Positions 53,131 through 64,000 of a DNA stretch of 64,000 bases are shown here, piece after piece. The stretch is from the human T2T-CHM13v2.0 reference genome, Homo sapiens, in assembly GCF_009914755.1 (NCBI RefSeq), contig NC_060931.1; one strand, 5' to 3'. The notes under the pieces were generated by a model, which searched no databases, had not been told where the DNA came from, and saw only the letters and a program-made list of their open reading frames with translations. Made by a program: the position numbers and the translations under genes. The first letter of the stretch is position 1, and each line of letters starts with the position of its first letter.

Positions 53131-56100
53131 TGAGACATTATTTTCCCCTTATAGAAGCTATGTTACATATCTCCCCAGAAGTTATACTGTTCTAGGAATT
53201 CATGATGCCATCATTCTTTCCAGCTGCTGCCCTCCTGACAAGTATGGGGATACGAATCACCACTCCGAAGTTCCCAGGTTTGCTTCCAGTTTCCTCCCAA
53301 TGGACACTGTGTACTGAAAACCATTAGTCTTTGCTACCACAAGTCAGCTTAGCATGACAGCTTGCACATTCTAGCCAAAAGTTTCACCAGAATCCCTGAT
53401 GACTTATTTATACTAGTCTGTCAATTAAATATAGAGCATAACTCTTTATTTACCCAGTACAACTTTGTTTTACTGTTTTAACCTGCCATAGTTTGTGCAT
53501 CTCTTGATTTCCTTTAAAGATGATCTTATCCCTTCTCTCAACCATCTCTGATCATTCCTCATTTCCCATTTTAGCTTGCCAACGTGAGCTACAGTCAAGT
53601 TATTTTTTATATGTGACACATATTTTTCCTTGGGTTTCTGATAAGGTCATTGTAGGAGACTCCAGGCTTCCTGTGCTCTAATTCCTCTCTAAATGATTCC
53701 TGTTTCCTTTTACCAGTTTATGTCAATAAGTGAAGATAAAGAATTATGGGCAAAATGGAATTCTGATACATTATAGTTTATATACTATAAAATTAAAACT
53801 GTTGAGTCTACCCTTAATTTTGCAATGTTGTTATTTATTAAGAACCAGAAATATAATTAAAGTACATTGCACTTGTTCCAGTAATTCCATATATTAATTC
53901 TAGCATTGTTTTTAAGCACAGAAAATATTTAAAAATAACCTAAATGCTCTAAGATGGTATATTTAGTGACAGTCACAGTGTACACAGATAATATGCTAAG
54001 CAGCTATTAAAAATTACTTTAGTATTTTGAAATGAAAAGCTATTCGTTATATGTAATAAAAGAAAAGCATGTACATAATTAGATATAAAGTATGAACTTA
54101 TATTGTGATAGTTTTTTTTTCCATAATTCTATTTGAATAATAGAATTTCAGATGACTTTGATTTTTACAATTTTTTACCTTCTGGCAAAGAAAGCTGCTC
54201 ATTGAAAATCCAGAATCCTTGCTCTGTTTATTTGGGAATACTTATCCTGGGTTTGAGCTCTGCCAACATTTTCAACAAGATATTAGTAATGCAAATGACC
54301 AACGTTCCATTGTAAGAATGTTTTCAAGAGATATTGCAAAACAAAACAAAAGTAAACCAAAAGCCTTCCATCATTTCCTCATAGTTTGGAGCCCTTGTCG
54401 GACCAAAGAGAGATACCAGGCCTCACCTGTGCCTGAGCCTAGTCAGGGTTTATTTCACAAACAGTAATGCCATGATGACTAAATCAAATTGGCAACTCCA
54501 GATTAAATGGAGATAACACATTGTGACCAGTTTAATCAATACAGTTTTCTTACTTTCTATTTTAAGGTTTATTTTGAAACTTTACGTATATTTTGTAAAA
54601 TAGCAAACAGTGTTTCTTCCCTTTTTCTATACTCTTTCTTTTGAAAGAATCCGCACCCACACCACCCTTCAGTCCAGTGACCAACAGCAGCATTTCTCAT
54701 TGTTATTCCTATACTAAGAAAAAGAAAGGACAGCTCCTGGGCCAGCTGACATTCTAATCTATGATCTCTATTTTCTTGGTGACTCACATTCTGCCATTTC
54801 ACACTTGATAACTAGCATGGGTATATTGCATGCATTTTTCTTACTTTGTTCCCCTTTACTTTGGCAAGTCTCATGGAAAGGGGAGGTGACTCCTTCCAAT
54901 ATCTAGTGGTCTTTTTTCCCTCACAATCTTGGAAATTACATTCTAAAATGTGAAACTCAATACCATGCCACCAACGCATTTTGTATGTTAATTCGCCAAG
55001 AAGATAAATCGCATTTTCTCATGTTTCCAGAATCTCTAGGATTTTACGGCATCCCACACTTGCTCCCAGGATGCTCTACCCTGGAGCCCCATCTGGTTTT
55101 CTTTTCTAACCATGTTCCCCTGAGATCTTCTTTAATTTGAATTGTATTAAATTCATCAAACTCTTTAATGAGCCTTGGGCATTGTTCGACTTGTGTGGTG
55201 GCCTCTCCTGGATAGTAGCAGAGGGGAATCTTAACTGCCTTCAGTGTATATACTTCTGGGCGTTCCCATCAGGTCTAAGCACTGTTTCACATTATGTGAA
55301 TGTCATAAATAACTTGGTTGAAAGGGTCAATGTTTTCTTATCTTGAAGAGAGTCAAAGGGCAGTTTGCATTTATCTAGGAAATGCACCTCACAGATGCTA
55401 GTCTTAAAAGCTCCTCAGGGGATGGGTGGGGAAGTACTATTATCCTTACATAATTCTAAAAATCTGGGGGGTAGTAAACCAACTGCATAAATCCTTCCCT
55501 TTCCTTTTAATCAAGGCTATAGCAAAAAAAAGAATAAGAAAAAAAATACTGCTCCTAATCACAAGTAATTTTATTTTTCTTACAATATACTGTTTTTCTC
55601 AGTAGTATATGCTTTCTTTGTCCCCTCTTGGCTTGTTTTTTAGGATCTCTTTTACTTGTATACAAAGTGGGTTGTAAGAGGCTTACTTCAATAGTATCCT
55701 TGAAACTGTCTTAAGTACACCTCCCCATATTAAAAGAGAAGGAGCCAAAGAATTTTTGTTTGCTTTGTTTTTGCTGTGATGAACTGGGATCTGATTTAAG
55801 AATTTAACACAAACCAAGTTAAAATAAAATAGAGTTTTGCAACTGTATTTTAAAGGCCCCCTACACAGTCTACAGCTGTCTGGATCTGTTCCTGGATGGA
55901 AATCATAGATGAAGTCTGTGATATCTCCCTATTGAATTCTTAGTCCACCACCCATTTTCAGTTCATGCAGTCTGCCCCTTGCCAAATTCCACTTCCTTTA
56001 GGCTGAATCTATGTCCATTCATTTATGTTTAATGTCTGGGAAAATCAGCTTCTAAATTCCACATAAGTGGAATTTTACCAGTCACTTTAAAGAATTGATA

Positions 56101-56199
56101 ACACATTCCTGCAAAATTCTTTTTTAAAAGAAATATTGTAAAATCAATTCTACTTTATTGTTGAGTTCTACAATTGAACTAGTGAATCTTTTTTTGTTG

Positions 56200-56610
56200 T
56201 TTAACGAACTTTGTTGAGGTGTATTACAATGTACGTCAACAATACAATATATAATAAAATGGACTTAAGTATACAGTTTGATGAATTTTCACAAACACAT
56301 TTATATCTATCTGTGTAACAACCAATTCAGTCAAGATACAGAATATTTTCATTCCCCTAAAAAATTCCCTTTTGCCTCTTCCAGAGAGCACAACCAGTGC
56401 AAAATTTCTAAGGTGGGACTGAGTGTGGCAGGTTAAGGAAACTGACAGAAAGCTAGCGTCGCTGTGGCATAGTGAAGAGGCAGGGAAGAATGACATGAAA
56501 AGAGGTCAGAGAGGCAGGTGGGGCCTGATCTTGCATAACCTTTTATTTTGTGGAGAGAAGTTTGGCTTCCACTCCGAATTCAATATAAAAAAAACCACTG
56601 GCTCTTGATT
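56200..56610 (-). mobile_element. L1M 3' fragment followed by L2 fragment
   Basis: ttaagtatacagtttgatgaatttt...tcaagatacagaatatttt; then gcaggtggggcctgatcttgca. Confidence 0.65.
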
Positions 56611-56758
56611 GGGACCTTGTACATAGAAGAACATTATGGTGTGATTTTTCTTCCATCTCCAGCTGTTTAGCCCTGCATTTTCCTCCTGGCATAGGTCCTC
56701 TGCTTCATGCTTCCCTGTCACATCCACAGCTGCATCAAACAGTTTCCCCTGAACTCTC

Positions 56759-56993
<235 letters not shown>

Positions 56994-57654
56994 TAAAAGG
57001 AATGGAAGGAATAAAAGAGAAAGAAGGAAAAGGAGGAAAGAAGCAAGGAAGGGCTGGGAGCTCTTTCTTGGCAAATGCCTTGCACATAAATGTTCATCTC
57101 AGGATCTGCTTGTGAGGAACCATACTTAAGGCAGCTTTCCTTGGACGTCAATGGCAGTCATAAATGTAATAAAGAAACTAAAGAGCTCTGCAGAATGGAA
57201 ACCCACTTCAAGTTGTTTAACCAGCATGTCCCTAATTTATGGAACCATGCTTAACGTTGAGTAGACAATGAAAGTAGTTAAGAAAAACCATTTTTAACCT
57301 TTGATAGAGTACTCAAACTCTTAAAAAGCCTACTCTAAGTTTAAAAACTATTTTATATTATAATTATGTCCTAAGGGGATTATAAGCACATAATTAGTCA
57401 TTATTTTTATTCTGATGTTTTTACCCCCAGACTCTCCTAAATTGCACTGCCAACCCCTCACTTCATGTGGATATAGTTAAGATGACCGTTCATGCCCACA
57501 CTCATTTGCAAAAGTGTTAAAATTTGGGTGATCAATTATATAAATCCCTAGTTATAGTGAAATCATAATTTTAAAACATTGTCACACTGGCTATGACACT
57601 AAATTATATATTTGTTCAGTAATATAGCATTTCCCTAATTGGGAATTTACTGCT

Positions 57655-58011
57655 TGCTACGGTTTGGCTCTGTGTCCCCACCCAAATCTCACCTTGAATT
57701 GTACTCCCATAATTCCCTCATGCTGTGGGAGGGACCCAGTGGGAGATAATTTGAATCATGGGGGCAGTTTTCCCCATACTGTTCTCATGGTAGTGAATAA
57801 GTCTCATAAGATCTGATGGTTTTATCAGGGGTTTCCACTTTTGAATCTTCCTCATTTTTTCTCTTGCCGCTGCCATGTAAGAAGTGCCTTTCACCTCCCG
57901 CCATGATTCTGAGGCCACCCCAGTGATGTGGAACTGTAAGTCCAATTAAACCTCTTTTTCTTCCCAGTCTCAGGTATGTCTTTATCAGAAGCATGAAAAC
58001 GGACTAAGACA
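57655..58011 (+). mobile_element. THE1 solo LTR (THE1C-like)
   Basis: tgctacggtttggctctgtgtccccacccaaatctc...ccaattaaacctc...ggactaagaca; TSD ctgct/ctgcc. Confidence 0.93.
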
Positions 58012-58019
58012 CTGCCATA

Positions 58020-58200
58020 TAAGTGGTTATATGAAAAGTGAGACAAAGTAAACAATCTCAAGGAAAACTTATATTTTATATTTCATGGAAAATGAGTCTC
58101 AAAGAAGTTAAGAAGCTTACTCAAACTTGCACAGCTCACTGGGGCAGAGCTGGTACTTGATTCAGCTGTGACCGGTTCTGATACCTATGTTCTTTGCACC
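58020..58200 (-). mobile_element. MIR fragment
   Basis: gaaaatgagtctcaaagaagttaag...cacagct...ggcagagctgg. Confidence 0.55.
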
Positions 58201-58952
58201 TAATATTAGAAAGTACGGCTATAAAGAAGAGTCAACATGTATCTCTTCGGCTGTAGCTGACACAGTTGTCTTCTTTGATTACAACAGATAAATACATAAA
58301 TAAGAGTTGGACATGAAACATTTAACATGAGATTACATTAGTCTATATTTAAATTTTTAACTACTTTCAACTATTATTATTTAGTTGGGTTCTTTAAAAG
58401 CATATATACAAAGGACTCATGAAGTAATGGTTTGACTCAGGCCAAGGACACATTATGGCTTTGATGTTCTATGTTTGTAAGAAAGCATCCCTTAACATCT
58501 CCAATCCTAATGCATTCTTCTGTACCTGGTAGGATATTTGGTGGATTGGTGTAACCTTCAGATGAATCTGATATTATAAATATTGATAGACAGCCAGGGA
58601 TTCCATGAGAGATTCTCTCTAATCTTTCCCTGTGTTCTAGGCAGCATTTCCAAAGGATTGTGAATAGAAGTGATGTACAAAAGCTGTTCTGTCTTCTCTT
58701 AAGACACAAAGTCAAGAGACTGCTGCCTACCCTCCAAGTTTTTCTCTCCCCAACCCTCAAACCACTAGAAAAGATATTTAGAAAATTCCAGTGTATCTTA
58801 CGGACAACAGATTCTGATGAGTTTCTGACTTTTTCTAGGGTCTTTTAAACAAATCACCTTTTAATAGATCCCAAAAGAAAGAAATATCTAGGGCATATGA
58901 TTTGGAGTTTATTATTCACACCAGTTTTGAAACGTGAATGTCTTAATTACAA

Positions 58953-59407
58953 GTGTATGTTAATTGCAGCACTATTCACAATAGCAAAGACATGGAATCA
59001 ACCGAAATGCCCATTAATGATAGACTGGATAAATAAAATGTGGTACATATATGGTACATAGAATACTATGCAGCCATAAAAAAGAACAAGATTATGTCCT
59101 TCACAGGGACATGGATGGAGCTGAAGGCCATTATCCTTAGCAAACTAATGCATTATCCTCAGAAAACCAAATGCCACCTATTCTCACTTATAAGTAGGAG
59201 CAAAATAATGACAACACATGGACACAAAGAGGGGGACAACACACACTAGGCCTATCAGAGGGAGAGGATCAGGAAAAATAACTAATGGATATTAGGCTTA
59301 ATACCTGAGTGAGAAAATAATCTGTACAACAGACCCCATTACACAAGTTTACCTATGTAACACACTTGCACATATACCCCTGAGCTTAAAATGAAAGTTT
59401 AAAAAAA
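58953..59407 (+). mobile_element. L1PA (middle-aged) 3' end
   Basis: gcagcactattcacaatagcaaagacatggaatcaacc...aagtttacctatgtaac...A tail; ORF 59040 resembles the ORF2 C-terminus (YYAAIKK..IMSFTGTWMEL). Confidence 0.92.
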
Positions 59408-61754
59408 GTGGATATTTTGCAGTGGTACTGATATCTTAAACTACCCAGGCAATCCCAGCTGAATGCTTGTTCTGAAAGTATTCAGGAGAAAACTAGAGAA
59501 AACTTCACCATGATCACCTCAGCATGCTACAAATCTATTTCTGCACAAAGAGAATTTCTTCACTAAGATGTATCATTTGGTGCCAGGGCTACCACTGTTT
59601 ATTCATGTATTTATTTTCAAATCTGAAAATCCCAATTAGCAACTCAGATATACTAGTTTGAACTGAAAACCATTTTAATAGCTAGTTTGGTTCTGTGCCA
59701 TCTAATGATATATTCACAAAGAGGAGATATGGATATGGAATGCATTTGTGATTGTTATACTACCTTTATAATGATCTAGTTCTTGTTTGTGAGATCCTAA
59801 TCTAATTATCACATTATAAATTATACAAGTCAGCATATTCTAAGAGTCTTCATGTTAAATATTAACTTCCTTTAATGTTTTAGAATATATTTTATATGCT
59901 AATCAATTTGGGCCATTTAATATTTTATTCAGAATTATTGGGATTTTTGCCAAGTAGTAACTTAATTGAAAAAAGGGAAACAAGGGTGCTTATTTTTTTA
60001 ATGGTTTCAAAATTATTTCTAGATATAATCAGTGAAAAGTCACTAATCCAAAACTGTAGTTCTCCTTCCTAGGACAACGGAGAAGAGCAAAGTAAATCAG
60101 TAACCAAATAAATGCACATCCTGATTGGTCAATCAGATAAACAGTCCAAAGGGATCTTTTTAACTTTGGTAATGAAAGGGGATGGCTTTCAATGAAAACA
60201 CCTGCATTGTTAAAGATAAAATTTAGAAATATATGTCAAGGAATTTATTGCATAAAGCAAATCTGGAACAGAATCCTTTTTATTAAAACTATTATGCCAA
60301 AGGCTTTTGTGACTTCCAGTTCTTTTATCACCTTGCAGTCTTCCTGCTGATCAATTGCCTGCTCAAATGCTCCTCGGTGTTTCCCCCAGAGAAGGCAACT
60401 TCATTTCTCTTGGAAACAGCTCTATTTCCTGTTCTGTGGCTGGGGGCTCTGAAGTGTAGACCTTCTCATGCTTCCATCAAAAGGTGTCATTAATTCTAGG
60501 GCACTTGACAACCATGTTCTCTTTCAAAGACACGGAGGAAGTGGAAGGGAGATCACTGACCCTCACTGCCAGTGCAAGATTTTTCAATTTCATCTACTGA
60601 TTAAAGTTTCTTTAGAATACGAATATTATGTACTTTTTGATTAGCTCCAGAAAGATTATGCCAACTTTTCCTTTCACACTCTACTTGTGACATTTTTTGG
60701 ACCTCAGTGGATATAGATCCGACAGTGGAGAGATGTCAGGTATTGATATGTTAAAAGAAAAAACCACAAAAATGGAAATAATCACATTTTAAAAAACCAC
60801 CTTGGAGTTTGCCATCCTACTTGCTCAGTCACTTTAGGACTACTCAGAGAATTGTATAGAAAAGGTAAATAGAAACTGATTTTTCTTTCAGTTAATATGC
60901 CCACTTTGAAGGTGTAAATATGAAGATTCATATTTGTAATGAAAGCAATCCCCACAGAGGTAATGCCTCAAATATAAACACTCACTTAATTTTTCATTGC
61001 TGGCTGTTTTCTTCAACTGATTCCTCTAAATATGTTTAAAACAACAAAAATAATAACAACAACCCTTACAAAAGGCATTGTTATGAAGGCCTTCCTGTTC
61101 TCCAGAGCATCAGCTGGAGTTGATGTGAGGCCAGAATAAGATGTAATGATGCTTATGTTTAAAGTTATCTTATAGGCGAATCTTCTGGTTTCTCAATATA
61201 ATGTTTCTTCTTTTTGGAAATAACTAATCTCTTGAAAAAACACAAATTAAAGAGAATGTATTCAACTGTAATGGAGACTTTCTCTCTAATGATTTCTTTC
61301 ATAAAGCATAGATCAAATCTAAGCTCATACTTTGAATATGAAAATTTTCTTAGTGATGAAAGCTATACTTAGCAAATGTGGAATGTGGGCTTCATACTTT
61401 AAGTGTTCTTGAAAATAATAACTATGCCAGTGAACTTCAAGATGATGAAGTTTAATGGGCCCTGGAGTCTGAACAGATCTCACTGCTTGGATCCAAATAT
61501 GAGCTGACAACCAGAAGTGTGTAGAATCAGCACAAATCAGCAGAGAATCATGGCTCTGGTGGGAAAAGCACGTGTGCCCATCAGAGGAGCCCCTGGCTGG
61601 TGTAAGTGATTGAGGAATTGAGAACCTTGGCTCCACTGAAGTGTAACTGGGTGCTAGACAGGATTCCACTAGCAAACTTGCACGGAGATTATAGTGGTTT
61701 GTAAAGGATGCCAAGAAAAGCACAGTTGGTGCTGCTGGGGCAGACTGAGACATG

Positions 61755-61870
61755 AATAAAGAAATCATTAGACGTTATACAGGATTAGAAAATATGAAGA
61801 ATTATCAAATAAAATGTGTTGTGTTTAGTCTTTGGATCTATGTTTTTGTTTGTTTTCTTTTCCCTTTTCC
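61755..61870 (+). other. Candidate tandem polyadenylation signals
   Basis: AATAAA at 61755-60 and 61808-13, followed by GU/U-rich tgtgttgtgttt and tgtttttgtttgtttt. Confidence 0.3.
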
Positions 61871-62509
61871 TCTACTTCAGTGGTTGACCTAGAGCTAGGT
61901 TCAGTTATTTGAATTCTCTGGCACTAGTGTCATCTGGCCTGGGAAATCCAATTAATTATTTTTGTGAAATAGCTACTATCTTAAAGCAATTCATTTATAC
62001 TGGCAGAAGGTCAGAGCTAGTTCCAGAGTTTTGGGTGCCTAAAAAAACGGAAAATGTTCCCTTCTCATGCCCTGACAATGAAAGCCAGTAGGTAGTATTG
62101 AAGGGAATTGTGAGGCTTCTGGCATTATTGGCCTTTGCTTTGGTACCAGGAAGAAAAAGGAATGACTTAGAAACACATTTAGCCCTTACCTGGATGAATC
62201 ATGTCAAGTTTTGGTTTCTCCATTTCTCTACATTTCATTTATTTGTTGGACAATGCTCTAATTTCACAAAGTGGTGGTGGAAACACTACTGACATGACAG
62301 CTGTTTATATCTGTGAGTCAGAATGGTCACTGAGAGTTGGGCCCATAGTGAGTAAACAGGAAGACTCTGGGAAGAGGTAATGGGCACAGAGATATTCTTG
62401 TAAACAGCACAAGATATGACCCATCTTAATTTTTTTCAATCAATATAGTTATAAACTATTTAAACTCTCAAACCCAGTGTGAGGAAAGAAGTAACACATG
62501 CAAATTAAC

Positions 62510-62804
62510 AGAGGCACAATGGCTCACGCCTATAATCTCAATGCTTTGGGAGGTTGAGTTGGGGGGATCACTTGAGCCCAGGAGTTCAAGACTAGCTGGG
62601 CAACATGAAGAAACCCCATCTCTTCAAAAAATATAAAAATTAGCCTGGCATGGTGGCATGAACTTGTAGTCCCAGCTACTCAGGAGGCTGAGGTGGGAGG
62701 ATGGCTTGAGCCTGGGAGGTCAAGGCTGCAGTGAGTCTTCATCGTGCCACTGCACTCCGGCCTGGATGACAGAGTGACACTCTGTCTCAGAAAGAAAAAA
62801 AAAA
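62510..62804 (+). mobile_element. AluJ
   Basis: J diagnostics ttgagcccaggagttcaagac and gaggtcaaggctgcagtgag. Confidence 0.93.
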
Positions 62805-63199
62805 CACAAACCATATTATACATACTAATTTTGAGTTTAAAAAATGTAACACAAGAAATATAAAAATCTCATATATACACAAGAAGGATATATTAATATA
62901 TTTGAAATTTGGAATTAAATGCAGCATTACTGCCAAATAATGATTGAGTTATCTTATTTCCAATAAGGTTAAGGAAAGAAAATAAACCAATCAACTAAAA
63001 ACATTTATTTAACTATTTTGTCAATAAAAATTTATGAATTGAACAAGTCTTGTGATCCATAATCTAGAAGAAAGAAAGCTTACCTATTTTTCTCTTACCA
63101 TTATTTGATGAAAATCTGTAGACTTTTAGAAACTCACAGCTGTGTGCCTTACTGTAAAAGGAGGAAAGTCTGAGGCGAGTATTTAGAGATATCTACTTT

Positions 63200-63390
63200 A
63201 TGCCAAATGTTTTATGCACACTATCTAACTCAATCTGAATTAAATGCCATTAAGGGAAGCATTATAGTTATCCATTTAGTGAATAAAAATATGAATCTCC
63301 AAAGGAGAAAATAACATCACCAAGGGCATGCTGTTGAAAGTGAAGTTGGATTTTGAGCCAAATCATTCTTATTCACAAATCCATATTTTA
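63200..63390 (-). mobile_element. MIR fragment
   Basis: tatgccaaatgttttatgcacactatct...caccaagggcatgctg...ggattttgagcca. Confidence 0.5.
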
Positions 63391-64000
63391 TTTACTTCAC
63401 TGACAAGCGAGAAATGGAAAGCAGCTAAACACAATTTTTGAACTGTACTTAGCACCAACGGAGTAAAAAAATAAATAAATGCTAAAGATTTGGCTTCATT
63501 CACACTTCATTCATTCAGCGAGACTCACTTGGAGCAGTGAACTGACCAAGGCCCAGGCAAAGAAACAACAAATGTGCCTGCAGCCTTCTCTACATATCCT
63601 TGCTCCCTGGGAAAACCAGACTGCCTGCCTCCCCTGTCATGGTTATTGCAGTCTCTTGGCTTTTTTGGCTTTCAAGTCACTGTCCCTTCAAGCCTTTGGT
63701 TTGAGAATATAGTAAATGTTCTTGGCAACCTGACTAGCAGGCACTCTTTTTTTTTTATTTTTGCCTTCCAGAGAAGCCTGAGTCAGTTTGGTCAGGTTTC
63801 CAAACATCCTTCATGTAAATTATGTGCCTCAAAAGAAGGGTGACTTTATCAGTCTCTGCTTATGGGTGGGCATGATTCATCTAAGGTAGCCTCCTTGTTT
63901 TACTGGCAACTGAGTCAAGTATGAGTATGTGACTTCACTTTAGCCAAATAGATGTAAAGTGTTCTGGAGGTTCAAGAGAAGTTCTTTATGGATCTGCTGA

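Noticed and set aside
61442-61508. Box C/D snoRNA-like layout (ATGATGA...CTGA...CTGA)
   Set aside because: No terminal stem, no clear C' box and no recognisable rRNA/snRNA antisense element.

Overview
This is primate (human or great-ape type) non-coding genomic DNA: AT-rich, CpG-depleted and dense in transposon fossils. I recognise no protein-coding exon, RNA gene, CRISPR array or other prokaryotic feature, and I cannot name the locus. Main content: (1) about 18 Alu/FLAM copies, including an AluYd-type element and a tail-less, apparently internally primed AluY; (2) a nested block at 3.6-10.5 kb where old L1M carries half a MADE1, an MLT1D-like LTR, an Alu and a complete LTR-int-LTR THE1 element with its TSD; (3) a full-length decayed Tigger1 (12405-15347) containing a 231-bp pure A/T array and an Alu; (4) a THE1 solo LTR plus L1PA, L2, MIR, MER5, MER1 and Charlie1 fragments; (5) repeat-poor islands near 16.9-17.7 kb and 36.4-41.5 kb with transcription-factor motifs, local CpG enrichment and plausible + strand splice signals (possible lncRNA or long-intron transcript). 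The most unusual signal is a set of fold-back (template-switch-like) hairpin scars where the repeats depart from their family consensus. Five lie between 8.9 and 14.8 kb, with similar palindromes at 32.0 and 46.2 kb. Repeat family calls come from recalled consensus sequences and need RepeatMasker/Dfam confirmation.
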